A stretch of DNA of 64,000 bases from Camelus dromedarius (taxonomy: Eukaryota): the NCBI RefSeq assembly GCF_036321535.1, contig NC_087445.1, positions 46,314,001 through 46,378,000 of the forward strand. The letters are read 5' to 3'. The translations under genes were made by a program, and so were the position numbers. Shown here in pieces: positions 1 to 16,932 of the stretch (within the stretch, counting starts at the first letter, position 1; each line of letters starts with the position of its first letter). The notes beneath the pieces were generated by a model, which saw nothing but the letters and a program-made list of their open reading frames with translations, was not told the origin of the DNA and did no database searches.

Positions 1-26
1 GAGCCCAGAGGGGTCTTGTGAGCCAT
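1..26 (-). CDS. FANCG: FANCG exon 1, coding start (partial; gene continues left of the window)
   Basis: Minus strand reads ccctgggccaccATGGCTCACAAGACCCCTCTGGGCTC = MAHKTPLG(S), with a perfect Kozak context inside a CpG island. It lies immediately downstream of PIGO, matching the mammalian FANCG-PIGO-STOML2-FAM214B-UNC13B order. Only 8 codons are visible. Confidence 0.75.
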
Positions 27-550
27 GGTGGCCCAGGGTGGGCCCGGACACCGGAAGAGGGCTCCCGAAGGGTAAGCCTGGCCCCTCCGAAGCTCCCACT
101 GAGCGGGGAGGGGTCTGTGCACTTCCGTAACCCGCCAAGAATCCTCTGCTCCTCTCAGGGTTCCAGCCGGGGCGGCCTACCCTCTCAAGGGGAAACAAAC
201 TCTAGCCTCACCGCCTGCTGGGGTTTCCACGACCCCCGCCCAGCCCCGCCTCTTCCACCCTCGCCTCTGGTTGGCCCGGCTGGCAAAACGCTAGGCTGCG
301 GTTGGTCGTCTTCAAGGGTTACTCCCCGCGGGAAACTCGAGGAAGAAAGTAGAGATCAGCCCAGACAGTGGGGCGGAGGCGGGCCCGAGGCCGGGGCGTG
401 CTTGAGTAGAGAGGTCGTACTTCTCGCCGCTCCGCCCGCTCAGCCAAAAGCCTTGAGAAGCGGATGTCGGCAGCGGAACCCGCGGCTCAGCCCTTCCCTC
501 GCAGCCACACTTCCAGGACGTTCCCCGCCGCCGAGGGCTGGCCCGCGCGA

Positions 551-570
551 TGCATGCTGGGAGTTGTAGT
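551..570 (-). promoter_or_regulatory. ZNF143/THAP11 (ACTACA...TCCCAGCATGC) promoter motif
   Basis: Reverse complement is ACTACAACTCCCAGCATGCA, a near-exact match to the known SBS/ACTACA motif. Confidence 0.75.
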
Positions 571-668
571 GCCGCCTGGAGCCGCCATGAAAAGTCCAGT
601 CCCAGCAGAAAAGCGTCTTCAAAAATAATGGACCAGAGACCGAGGCCCTCGGTAATACGCATGCAGTC

Positions 669-687
669 GGACTAGATGGCAGCACAG
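669..687 (+). promoter_or_regulatory. Candidate CTCF site (forward)
   Basis: GGACTAGATGGCAGCAC resembles the CTCF core CCASYAGRKGGCRS. The identical 15-mer TAGATGGCAGCACAG recurs at 28942-28956. Confidence 0.45.
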
Positions 688-769
688 CCTTGTGCTTGCT
701 CAGCCTGCACTGCTCAGACGTACCTGCCCACTCCCAACAAATGGAAGCCGGAGAACTGGAGATCCGTAT

Positions 770-1050
770 GCAAAGAAGAAACAAAGTATGACCCTCATCA
801 TCCATAAAGTCAACTCAAAATGGGTAAGATGGTCTTCATTAAAATTAAAAACTCTTGTTCTATAAAGACACCACCAAGAAAATTCAAAGATGTAAGTCAA
901 ACCATTATGCTGTACACCTTAAACTTATCCATTGACGTATGTTATATTTCAATAAAACTGGGGGAAAAATTCAAAGATATCAATTATACCTCAGTAAAAA
1001 ATAACATTCAAAGAAAAGTCACAAGGTGGGAGAAATTATTTGCAAATCAT
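770..1050 (+). mobile_element. Decayed L1 fragments, including a 74-bp L1 3'-end insertion (892-965) with a 13-bp TSD
   Basis: L1 ORF2-like text (attaaaattaaaaac...tgggagaaattatttgcaaatcatat). The insert tgtaagtcaaaccattatgctgtacaccttaaac...aataaaactgg is flanked by AAAATTCAAAGAT at 879-891 and 966-978. Confidence 0.7.
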
Positions 1051-1730
1051 ATACCTCATCACCTCCTGTCCTGGGCACCCTCAAACCTCAGACCCCAGTT
1101 CTGACCTTTCTCCTCAGAACCTCTTCCCCACTCCTTTAATGGACACTGCCATGAGGATTTCATGCCAGCATTTCAACATGACACAGGAGTAGTGAGGTGG
1201 ATGGAGGGCACAGGAGACATGCGTGAGGAGCATTAGATTCACACAATTTTGGCTTCAAGTCAGGAATAATCAATATGACAAGGTGGAATACTCTGCTAGA
1301 TGCGCAAGTAGATCTGATTAAAAGGCATCATGGGTTGGGAAACTAGGGAGGCCGCCACAGAAGTGAAGGGCAAGGTTGTTCTGAAGTGAGAGGACACTCC
1401 ACTATTGGAGCTTTAGACAGTGAAAGTCTGTGTGCTCTATGATGCCTTGGCTTGTCTTTTCAGCCATCTCTGTTATTGGCCAAAGCAAAAGAATTTAATG
1501 AAGTACGTGGCATGGCAAAGGAAAATTGCAGGTGGAATAATAGTAGCGATTTGAGAGGAGGTGGGAGAAATGAATTCAGACAACTCCAACCACTTCCCAA
1601 AGCTTCTCAGGTCTGCATAAGATGGCTGATCCTATCAGTGCCTGGATGAGGGAAGACCAACCCTCCTCATATCCCCTGTAGGACAGTGGGGGCACCCCCA
1701 CACCTCAAACACACATATTTACATTATTAT

Positions 1731-1736
1731 TTTATT
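1731..1736 (-). terminator. PIGO polyadenylation signal
   Basis: AATAAA on the minus strand, about 70 nt past the stop codon at 1804. Confidence 0.7.
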
Positions 1737-1803
1737 CCACTTTGGAGAAAGTTCCCCCAGTCCCTCAGATGTATCCAAAACAGGAGTTAGGGATTAGGCT
1801 CCA

Positions 1804-8262
<6,459 letters not shown>

Positions 8263-8439
8263 CCTGGTGGTGGTGGGGGAGGGAATTCATAACTGTGAGG
8301 CAAAGAATCGGTGGACAGTCTCTCAATACAAAGCCCAGCTAGAATCACTTCCTCTTAGAAGCCTTCCTGAAGATAAACAGTGCCATAGCCAACCCAATGC
8401 AATGTTCCTCTCCACCAGTTATACCAGAGTTTCTGAAGG

Positions 8440-8585
8440 TGAAATGCACAAACTATGGGCATCAACCTGGAACGGCTGTTTTTAAATGCTGATTTCCAGG
8501 TGCCACCCCAGATCCCCTGAATCAGAATCTTCGGGGGTGGAGCACAGGAATTTGCACATGTACTCCAGGAGATCCTAATGATGGA
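8440..8585. mobile_element. MER5-like hAT-Charlie MITE remnant in PIGO intron 1
   Basis: gcatcaacctgg...tttttaaatgctgatttccagg...ccccagatcccctgaatcagaatct is typical of the MER5 family. Confidence 0.55.
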
Positions 8586-8639
8586 AAACACAGTCCACGA
8601 GGGAAACTTATTCCAGTTGGTAGACTGCTTTCTGAAAGC

Positions 8640-9130
8640 CCGTTTCTCCGCCAATTTCAACAACCCTGGGGTGGCCAAGGCTCGCAGCCGCAGGGGAACC
8701 CGGACCAGGCTGACGGCGCCGCCTGGCGGGGACCGAGGAGACGAAGGGAAGGAGTCCTGCTCCGCTTCCCCGGCGCAGCACGGCAGAGGCGCAGGGTCTT
8801 GAGGCGGCTGGGCCTTGCTGGAACCCGGACGTCCGGATGGCTCTGCCTCCTCGGATGGCTACCCAGCCTCTGCCTGGGCACCCTGACCCGGGTACTGGGC
8901 CCGCTAGACTGCGAGCTCTGTGAGTGGGCTGGGAGGGTCCCTTACTTAAGGGAAAAGGGAGTGTAAGGGGGTTTAGGGAGACCCTGGCTCACCTTGAACG
9001 GCGCCCGGAAGTGCAGCGGCCGCGCCTGCGGCCGGGCACCACAGAAGTGCAAGCGCGGGACAGAGCGGCCCATGGCGGGGACCTCATCGCCACCTGCTGG
9101 CGCCTCCGAGGAAGTTCGGCAAGGAACGAA
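8640..9130 (-). promoter_or_regulatory. PIGO CpG-island promoter and probable non-coding exon 1 (donor after 8993)
   Basis: CpG-dense; ETS/GABP CCGGAAGTG at 9005-9013; strong minus-strand donor AAG|GTGAGC at 8993/8992; CTCF-like CCGCCAGGCGGCGCC (8715-8729, minus) and CCAGCAGGTGGCGA (9087-9100, minus). Confidence 0.7.
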
Positions 9131-9239
9131 GGGCTGGCCAGAGATGGGAGTTTGACGGGAGATTAATTTAGAATTGGGGGCAAGGCAATAAATTTAGAAG
9201 AGTTCAGGGAACCACTGTCCATTCTCGGATAAGACTAAG

Positions 9240-9335
9240 ATCTAGGCCTCTGGAACCAATCTTGGCTTGAATCCTAGCTCTGCCACTCACTGTCATTATG
9301 GGACATTACCTTATCTGTAAAATAAAGATAATTTT
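9240..9335 (+). mobile_element. MIR fragment
   Basis: ggcttgaatcctagctctgccact...ttatctgtaaaat matches the MIR core. Confidence 0.55.
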
Positions 9336-9399
9336 CATTTACCCCTTTTTGTTGACTCCAACTAATAGATTTTATTATTCATCCACTCCAAGCCTTTCA

Positions 9400-9800
9400 C
9401 TAAATCTTACAACTCAATAATAAAAAGACAATCCATGCACCCCAATGTTCATAGCAGCACTATTTACAATAGCGAAGACATGGAAACAACCCTAATGTTC
9501 AATAGATGACTGGATGAAGATGTGGTATGGGGGGAGAGCACATGCTTAGCATGCATGAGATCCTGGGTTCAATCACCAACACCTCCTCTAAAAAATAATA
9601 ATAAATAAACCTAATTACTCCCCCCGCAAAAGATGTGATTATCTGTCTGTCTATCTACCAGCAGCAACAAGGATGGACCTGGAGATTGTCATTCTAAGTG
9701 AAGAAAGCCAGAAAGATAAAGTAAAATGCCATATGATATCACTTATATGTGGAATCTAAAAAAAAAAAAAAAAGACACAAATGAACTATTTATTATTTAT
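9400..9800 (+). mobile_element. L1 3' region fragment interrupted by a SINE
   Basis: ccaatgttcatagcagcactatttacaatagc...ggacctggagattgtcattctaagtgaa...cacttatatgtggaatctaaaaaa. Confidence 0.75.
9529..9631 (+). mobile_element. Camelid tRNA-derived SINE (vic-1-like), A-box region missing
   Basis: gcatgcttagcatgcatgagatcctgggttcaatc...aataaataaacctaattactcccccc; flanked by aagatgtg repeats. Confidence 0.8.
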
Positions 9801-10078
9801 AATTTAGATGATAGATTTCTTGAACATGTGTAAGCACATTTGACTGTCCTTTATGATTGGATTACTGCATTCTGTTGATTCTTATTTTGTGGTTGGCTTT
9901 ATTCCTTTGATAACTATGTAAGTTTAAAATGCTAAACCTCTAAACTATTCTTAGAAACAATGAACAGTACATATGTGTAAAGTTTAAAATGGTTTTACCT
10001 CTCAGTGAGTTGCTCTTCCTAGAATAAACTTTGCTTACCCAATAAATAAATATGTAAATAAATAATTTTAAAACCTAA

Positions 10079-10246
10079 NNNNNNNNNNNNNNNNNNNNNN
10101 NNNNNNNNNNNNNNNNNNNNNNNNNNNNNNNNNNNNNNNNNNNNNNNNNNNNNNNNNNNNNNNNNNNNNNNNNNNNNNNNNNNNNNNNNNNNNNNNNNNN
10201 NNNNNNNNNNNNNNNNNNNNNNNNNNNNNNNNNNNNNNNNNNNNNN
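10079..10246. other. Assembly gap (168 N)
   Basis: Run of N. Confidence 1.
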
Positions 10247-10990
10247 TCAAACCCATCAGGATGGCTATAATCAAAAAGATAAATAACAAGTACCGGCATG
10301 GGTGTGAAGAAATGTGAACCTTCATACACTGCTGATGGGATTGTAAAATGGTGCAGCAGCTTTCATAGTAGCATGATCTACTATTAGCCAAAAGGTGAAA
10401 ACCACCCAAATGGCCTTCACTGACGAACAGATGAAGAAAATATGCTACACCTATACAACAGAATATTGTTTGTACCCCCTCAAAAAAAAGGATGAAGAAC
10501 TGCTACATGCCACTACACGGATGAACCTTAAAAACATGCTAAGTGAAAGAAGCCAATCACAAAATATTATTATTTTATTTATCTTATACTATTCCATTTA
10601 CATTAATATATTAATCTATAGACACAGAAAATAAATTAGTAGCTGTCTAGGGCTGAAGGGAGAGGGGAATGACTGCAAATGGGTACAGGGTTTGGGGGGC
10701 AGGGTGGGGACAGGGGACCAGTGATGAAAATGTTCTAAATTGTGGCAGCTGCACAATTCTGAATATACTACAAATATTGAACTTACAGGGGGAGAGTATA
10801 GTTCAGTGGTAGAGTGTGTGCTTAGCATGCATAAGGTCCTGGGTTCAATCCCCACTACCTCCATTAAAAAAAATAACAATAATAAATAAACCTAATTACC
10901 TCCCCTCAAAAAACAAATAAACAAAAATTTTAAAATAAATAAATTTTTTAAAAATATATTGAATTTACACTTTAAGCAGGTGAATTGCAT
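10247..10990 (+). mobile_element. L1MB/L1MC-type 3' fragment interrupted by a SINE
   Basis: caggatggctataatcaaaaag...tacactgctgatgggattgtaaaatggtgcagc...gactgcaaatgggtacaggg...atgttctaaattgtgg. Confidence 0.75.
10788..10950 (+). mobile_element. Camelid tRNA-derived SINE (vic-1-like), full length
   Basis: A box tagttcagtgg, B box ggttcaatccc and A-rich tail. TSD tattgaacttaca (10775-10787) / tattgaatttaca (10957-10969). Confidence 0.88.
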
Positions 10991-11099
10991 TGTATGTGAA
11001 TTATATCTCAGAAAAGATACTATTAGAAACAAAACAAAAAAACCTCTTATTGGTTTCGCATCTCAGAGGAAAGCCAGTTCTTGCAGTGGCCCTACAAGG

Positions 11100-12250
11100 C
11101 CCTACAAATCTACACACTAGCTCCCCACTTCCTTCTCTGATTCATCCAGCTGCCAGTTCTTTGCTTCCTTAACTCTGTTCCAGCCACTGTAGCTCCTTTG
11201 CTCTTCTAGTTATAAGGCAGCCATGCTCTGCCTCAGGACCTTTGCATTCTCTGTCTCCTCTGTCAGTTTTACTCCCAGATGCCCAAATGGGCTTGCCCCT
11301 CATCTCCATATCTAAGCCTAAATGTCCCATCAGTGAGGCTTCCTGGAACCCTCTACTTAATGTTACAGCTCCCTCTACCCAAATTTCCCATCTCCCTTCC
11401 TTTCTTAATTTCCTCTATAGTATAACCCATCAGCATCTGAAATACTATACATGATATGTCCCTTCCAAATAGAATGTGAGCTCACTGAGAGTAGGGAACT
11501 GTTTTCTTTACTATATCCTCAATGCCTGGTATATACTTGGGATTCTGTATAATTATTAAATGGTCATTAAATGAATAACTGAACAAATTCTAATTCAGAA
11601 ATATGTCAAAATATTCCTCCACCTCTATTCCATAGCACCTTACCTCAGTTCAGGCCTCACCATCATCTCTGGATCACTAAGGTAGCCATCTGTCTTCCAG
11701 CCTCCCATCTCTCCTTCAAACCCACTGACCACATCGCAGCAGGACAGCTCTATCTAAAACACTGATGTGACTACCTTCATCTTACAATTCTTCATGGGAA
11801 AGAGAAAAAAAGCCCCCTGCCCCCCAAACCAGGATAAAGTCTAAACTCTTTCAAGACCCAATCTCCCCATGATTTGGCCCTTGACATACAGTCACATCCC
11901 CTAGCACCCTGCCCTTCAGCCACAGCAAACAACTCTGAATGTTCCAACTTCTCTGGAGCCACGGGCCTTTGCATATTCCAGCCCCAAATGTTAGCCTGGT
12001 GAACGCATTGATTTTTTTCCAACCTGAGCCCAGTGGCAGAGTTGGCAATGTTGCTCCTCACAAACAGATATGCTCCCTGCTCCAGGATCCCTCAGCCAGA
12101 ACTTTCCTCCACCACAGCACTTACCACTTCGTATCCTGCTCCCTGTGAAAGCAGGGACCATTTGGGTTTCGGCTGCTTTTGTAACCTGTGTCTAGAACTG
12201 AGCTTGGCACATGGCAGACATCATTAAATATTTTTGAATGAACGAATGAG
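11100..12250 (-). mobile_element. L2 fragments
   Basis: cctcaggacctttgcattctctgtc..., gaatgtgagctcactgagagtagggaact..., gcacatggcagacatcattaaatatttttgaatgaacgaatga (L2 3' end). Confidence 0.65.
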
Positions 12251-12627
12251 TGTCCTCAGTCTCTAAAGACCCTTTGAACATTCTGCATTACTACTCCATA
12301 CTCTCCCAGGGCAGTCCTCTTTCCCATTAAAAAAAACCCCAACACCTGCTCAATTCACAGCCCCACACTTATCAGGAGGGGACTACACTCCACAGCTGGT
12401 AGTTCAGTAGACATGTGGCTTAGTCCTTCCACTGTATCCCACAGCTTCTCCTGAAGACAGACAGGATGATTTCACTTTACGTGAGACTCATTCTTTTTCA
12501 TGGAGGTATCAGTTCCCGAGACCTGACAGGACTGGAGGTTGGGAGTGGGCATCCAAGGAAAACACTGGGGATTCTCCCAACTTCCTTCCCCAATCAAAGA
12601 GGACAGTTTTGGTTTGCCACTGGAGAG

Positions 12628-12633
12628 TTTATT
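12628..12633 (-). terminator. STOML2 polyadenylation signal
   Basis: AATAAA on the minus strand, about 120 nt after the stop codon. Confidence 0.65.
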
Positions 12634-12749
12634 ACATGATTAAAGCTCAAATAAAAAAATAATAACCAAAACCTTGGCAGGGAGGCCAGAGCCAGAGTCT
12701 GGGAGAGCTGCTTCCCTGTCCCCAGCCTCCCCGATCAAGCCCGGCTCCA

Positions 12750-12887
12750 TTAACTCAGCTTAACTCGATCAAGTTCCTCATCAAGACTTGCATCTGTGCC
12801 CTGGACATTCCTGCTGCTCCTGCTGGGGACTGAGTCCTGGGCCCCTGGCACTGGGGCTTTGGTGAGGGCTCCATACACACCCATGGC
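12750..12887 (-). CDS. STOML2: STOML2 exon 10 (coding part)
   Basis: AMGVYGALTKAPVPG...DEELDRVKLS*, with TAA at 12752-12750. Confidence 0.97.
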   Translation of the reverse strand, partial: AMGVYGALTKAPVPGAQDSVPSRSSRNVQGTDASLDEELDRVKLS

Positions 12888-15760
12888 CTGAGGAGAGGGA
12901 CAGAGAGAGAGCCATGAGGATGCATGGTAGGAGTGGCAGCCCGACCCATCAATGGCTAAAAGGAAGAAGGTGGAGCCGGGGCCAGTAAGCTTGCTTTTTC
13001 CTCTCTCTCTCAAACCTTATTCCTACAAACCTTGAAGTCAGTCTAAGAATGTTACAAACTCCCAGAGCAGGGTCACCCTCAAAATACTAATACAAGCATC
13101 TGCAAAAAAAGAAAAAAAAAAAAGAGGTTCCCTATCTTCAGGGATGAATGAGGGTATTTCCTTCAGGGAACAAAGAGAGGTCTAGGTCTCAGGGCACTCT
13201 AAAGGCATCTGTGGTAAAACTGATGGTGGTGGTGGCAGGGTCTCAGTCTCTGGCACTGGTGCTCTGTGCCAGGTCCTCAGGGCACTCTAACCTGAGCCAC
13301 CATACTGGTGACATCACCGGGGTTGGAGGGCAGCAGGACAGTGTTGGAGTCCTTGGCCAGTTTAGAGAACGCGCTGACGTACTGCTCGGCCACAGTCAGT
13401 GAGGCTGCTGCATCTCCATTCTGTGGCCATAAGGAGGATAAAAATCAGAGATCACAGATTCAGAGAGAGGGGAGGGAAGGAAGCGGAGAGAAGTCAGGTT
13501 CCCAGAAAGAGGATACGCAGTTCACAACACACAAGATTATATAATCTGGATCAATGGAACTAAAAAGACAGGAATTTCTCCAAAGAGTAAATGAGGGAAT
13601 CTCTTCTACTGTCAATGTCTGTCCCTGACTCCCACCCAGGGGCCTCTCACATGTTGTGTCAGAGCTGCAGCCAGGATGCGAATAGCTTCAGCTTTAGCCT
13701 TGGCCTTGGCCAGAACTGCACTGGCCTCTCCTAGAAGAAAAGAGACAGAACTTGACCTATGAGACAGGGTACCCCAAAGCTCCTGTTCCAGCACCAACCC
13801 TCAAAGACCCATCCATGCTCTGTTCATCCCTCAGCCTCTACCCTCTGCTGACCTGCTGCCTGATTTATCTGTTCAGCCTTTTCTGCTTCAGAGGCCAGGA
13901 TCTGTGCCTGCTTCTTCCCCTCTGCCACGTTGATGGCCGACTCTCGGGTCCCCTCAGACTCTAGAACTGTGGCCCGTTTCCGCCGCTCTGCCTCCACCTA
14001 GAAACCCCCAGCCACCCCCATCAACGAGAAACCAGAGTAAAAGTAAACTTTTACACAGACCTGCAATTGTACCCATCCCTAGGAAGGAAGTCCAGGTCCC
14101 CATGCAATTGGAGCATCCTGAAGTCCTCTTCCCTATCCCTCCCTGGCCCCCACCTGCATCTGCATGGACTCTTTCACCCGAGGTGGCACATGGATATCCT
14201 TGATCTCATAACGGAGGCAGCGGATACCCCAGCAGTCGGCAGCCTGGTTGATAGCATCCACAATGCTAGCGTTCAAGGACTCTCGCTCCTGGAGGAAGAG
14301 AGGTATAATCTCATTAGCCTCAACCCACCTATCAGGGGTCTGAGCTGAGAAGGTCCTGGGACTGATCCCCAGAAAGGACTGAGAGTGCCAAGTATGTGTC
14401 TTCAAACCCTAACTCTGGCTCAGATCCCCATACCCTGAAGACTTTGTCCAGAGAGAGTTTGCCAAGTTCTGATCTCATGGTTGTCTGAGCCAGCTGGGTG
14501 ACAGCATATTCAGGGTCCTCCACACCATAGCTTGCCTGAAAGGAGAATGGATAGTGTAAGTAGCCTGGATGCAAGACTTTAGTGAGGATAGCAACTCAGG
14601 AGCTGAATAAAGCAGGGGGCAGATACCTTGTAAGGGTCCATGATACGCAGGTAAAGGACTCCATCAATTTGCAGAGTTACATTGTCTGCAGGTCAGGAGC
14701 AGGAGAAAAGGAGTAAGGCTACGCCTCCAGGTCCCAAACAGCTTTTTCTCCTGCTGCCATATCCTAACGGCCTCAGAGCACCCACATCACCCTGAACCCC
14801 TCACCGAGAGTCACAGCCGACTGCTCAGGCACGTTGATGACAATTTCCTTGAGACTCTGCACATATCGGATGCGGTCTAACACAGGAATGAGGATGTTCA
14901 AGCCCTGGGAAGAGGAGTCACGTGTCCTCAGAAGGATAGGGGCTGTAGGATTGGGGTCCAAGCTAGGACTGGAGTAGGTAAGGAATCAACACAGATTCTC
15001 CCCAGAAAAGTAAAAGAGTTGGGGTGTCATTGGTAGGGAAGCCCAAGAGGATAGGAATGTGAGGCCCGGCCTCTGACTGCAGAGAAGAGTCAAGGGAATG
15101 GGAGCCAGCAGAGTAGCTGTCTCCATGCAGACAGGTGGAGCTGACAGGGTGAACAGAAGAGATTCCCAACATGGGGCCTGTGGGATCCTAGGGCAATAGG
15201 TAAGATGGGTATGATGGTCAGGGCCCTGCCAGGTCTCCCTGGGATGTCAGAAGCCAGTGAGGGCAGGCCCCAACGAGGTCTCACCCAATCCCCCCATGGC
15301 GTTAGGGAACTGGGATTCAGGGTGGCCTGAGGTGGGCAGAAGAGGTTCTCACAGGCTCCAGAATCCGATGGAATCGGCCCATTCGCTCCACCACCCAGGC
15401 CTCCTGCTGCGGCACAAACAGTACCACGGTGTTTCGGGGTAATCCAGAGGAGGCGCGGCGTGGAGCGCGGCCAGAAGCCCGCACGGAGTCCTAAAGGGAA
15501 GACGAGGGTTAGCAGAGACCAAGCCGGCCGGGCACCCCGCCCCTCTCGGCGCCTCCCAGGAGGCATGTCCCAAAACCCAAAAGGGTTCTCGACTCACGTG
15601 AGTACCATAACCTCTGACCCCACTTCTCTCCCCAAACTTAGAATCCCGCTCCTTTCCAGCTGAACACCCAGGTGATCTCTGACCGGACCCTTGGAGAAAG
15701 CTGCCTCGCACTCACCCTCAGCAAAAGGGCCCCAGTCCCCCGCGCCGCGCGCGCCAGCAT
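12750..15760 (-). CDS. STOML2: Stomatin-like protein 2, mitochondrial (SPFH/Band 7), full spliced CDS, 356 aa
   Basis: join(15760-15716, 15490-15353, 14904-14805, 14685-14627, 14535-14434, 14288-14154, 13997-13853, 13730-13651, 13420-13292, 12887-12750) = 1071 nt, all GT-AG. Reads MLARAARGTGALLLR...VPQQEAWVVERMGRF...DEELDRVKLS. Confidence 0.98.
13292..13420 (-). CDS. STOML2: STOML2 exon 9
   Basis: NGDAAASLTVAEQYVSAFSKLAKDSNTVLLPSNPGDVTSMVAQ. Confidence 0.97.
13651..13730 (-). CDS. STOML2: STOML2 exon 8
   Basis: GEASAVLAKAKAKAEAIRILAAALTQH. Confidence 0.97.
13853..13997 (-). CDS. STOML2: STOML2 exon 7
   Basis: VEAERRKRATVLESEGTRESAINVAEGKKQAQILASEAEKAEQINQAA. Confidence 0.97.
14154..14288 (-). 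CDS. STOML2: STOML2 exon 6
   Basis: ERESLNASIVDAINQAADCWGIRCLRYEIKDIHVPPRVKESMQMQ. Confidence 0.97.
14434..14535 (-). CDS. STOML2: STOML2 exon 5
   Basis: ASYGVEDPEYAVTQLAQTTMRSELGKLSLDKVFR. Confidence 0.97.
14627..14685 (-). CDS. STOML2: STOML2 exon 4
   Basis: (D)NVTLQIDGVLYLRIMDPYK. Confidence 0.97.
14805..14904 (-). CDS. STOML2: STOML2 exon 3
   Basis: GLNILIPVLDRIRYVQSLKEIVINVPEQSAVTL. Confidence 0.97.
15353..15490 (-). CDS. STOML2: STOML2 exon 2
   Basis: DSVRASGRAPRRASSGLPRNTVVLFVPQQEAWVVERMGRFHRILEP. Confidence 0.96.
15716..15760 (-). CDS. STOML2: STOML2 exon 1 (coding part)
   Basis: MLARAARGTGALLLR|gtgagt. Confidence 0.96.
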
Positions 15761-16320
15761 CTCCCACGGCCACAGCGACCTCCGGAACCAACGAGGCGCG
15801 GGGCAGAGCGGTCCCTCTAGATACCCGGGCCAAGCTTTTCCTCCTGTATTTCCACTCCCCCGGATGTACTTCTGGCCGTCCCTTCCCCCATTCCACACTC
15901 AGCCAATCAGCGTTATTTGACAGAAGCGTGCATTTAGTTGCTCCCTGAGAGACGCAGACCTTCTAAAGAGGGTCCAAGGCTGGATCTTCTTCTGGTTCTC
16001 ACTGATCAAGTCCAAGAACCCGGACACCGTGACCAAATGGAGACTATTTTCCGCAGGCAAATGGTTCAGAAAAGCCTCCCATGGAGTTCTTTACCTGCAC
16101 CGGAAACTCGGTTTACCCTTATGCGTGTATAATCGCCCCCATCTGTCACCATAGCGACCAGGGGATTGGAGCTGACTCGTTTCCATGGTTGCCATAGTGA
16201 CATTCTCTTGTAGTCCTGCTGTGTTGTACCCAGCCTTCCCACTGGGGACTGACCCCATTCCTGTTGCCATGGTGACTGGACCTAACATTGGTGATTGGGC
16301 TGAGATTTCCCCCTCCTCTC
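15761..16320 (-). promoter_or_regulatory. STOML2 promoter: CpG-rich 5' end, CCAAT boxes and RFX X-box cluster
   Basis: CCAATCAG at ~15903; ETS-like CCGGATGT at ~15860; X-boxes at 16145-16158, 16188-16201 and 16263-16276. Confidence 0.65.
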
Positions 16321-16794
16321 TTTTTCCAAGGCACCACAGCTTTTTCTACCTCTTCCTGGCCAGAGTCTATCAATCAGGCCAGGTCCCCTTGCATAGAGTC
16401 CAGCACACAGCCCCAATGTCAGCCTTATCTGGATCATGTCACCCTGCATACATCTCTGATGCTCTGGCACATCCTTTAAGAGACTTACATAGTCACCCTC
16501 ATTTTACATATCAGGGCACGTAGGGTCAGAGGAGCTAAAATCATCAACAACAGAACCAATGTAAGAATCCAGATCCACATTCAGAGTTCAGCTTTTATGG
16601 CTGAACCCTCGCCACCACCCCACCCTATTAGGTGAAAAGAGCAAGACCAGACTCAAAGAATCACCTCTCACCTAAGACCTTATGGCCTCACATCTCTTCT
16701 CTGGGGAAAGAGCAGAATCCCAGCTCCAGTTAGGCCCTCCATCTCCATTCCCAGGCTCTCCCCAACAGAAAAAGTAAGGCTTAGCTCAAGTTTC

Positions 16795-16932
16795 NNNNNN
16801 NNNNNNNNNNNNNNNNNNNNNNNNNNNNNNNNNNNNNNNNNNNNNNNNNNNNNNNNNNNNNNNNNNNNNNNNNNNNNNNNNNNNNNNNNNNNNNNNNNNN
16901 NNNNNNNNNNNNNNNNNNNNNNNNNNNNNNNN
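16795..16932. other. Assembly gap (138 N), near the probable 3' end of ATOSB
   Basis: Run of N. Confidence 1.

Larger units (their letters stand above)
27..700 (-). promoter_or_regulatory. CpG island: FANCG 5'UTR and promoter
   Basis: CpG-dense and GC-rich, with ETS-like ACTTCCG (121-127), directly upstream of the FANCG ATG. Confidence 0.75.

Noticed and set aside
18-569. 183-aa plus-strand ORF and other long ORFs in the CpG islands (23.2-23.9 kb, 27.3-28.3 kb, 45.9-46.4 kb)
   Set aside because: They have low-complexity Pro/Arg/Gly/Ala composition typical of stop-poor GC-rich DNA, with no recognisable domains or splice structure.
10788-10860. tRNA-like sequences (A box TAGCTCAGTGG, B box GGTTCAATCCC) at six loci
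   Set aside because: They are SINE heads: each has an A-rich tail and TSDs, and none forms a proper acceptor or anticodon stem.
15761-15898. 46-codon open frame upstream of and in frame with the STOML2 ATG, starting at GTG
   Set aside because: It extends into the promoter (CCAAT box at ~15903) beyond the likely TSS and would mask the mitochondrial presequence. Open frames are common in GC-rich DNA.
16185-16523. 112-aa ATG-initiated plus-strand ORF overlapping the X-box cluster
   Set aside because: The ATG and the repeated MVAIVT/VAMVT words are by-products of the X-box DNA motifs. There is no evidence for coding function.
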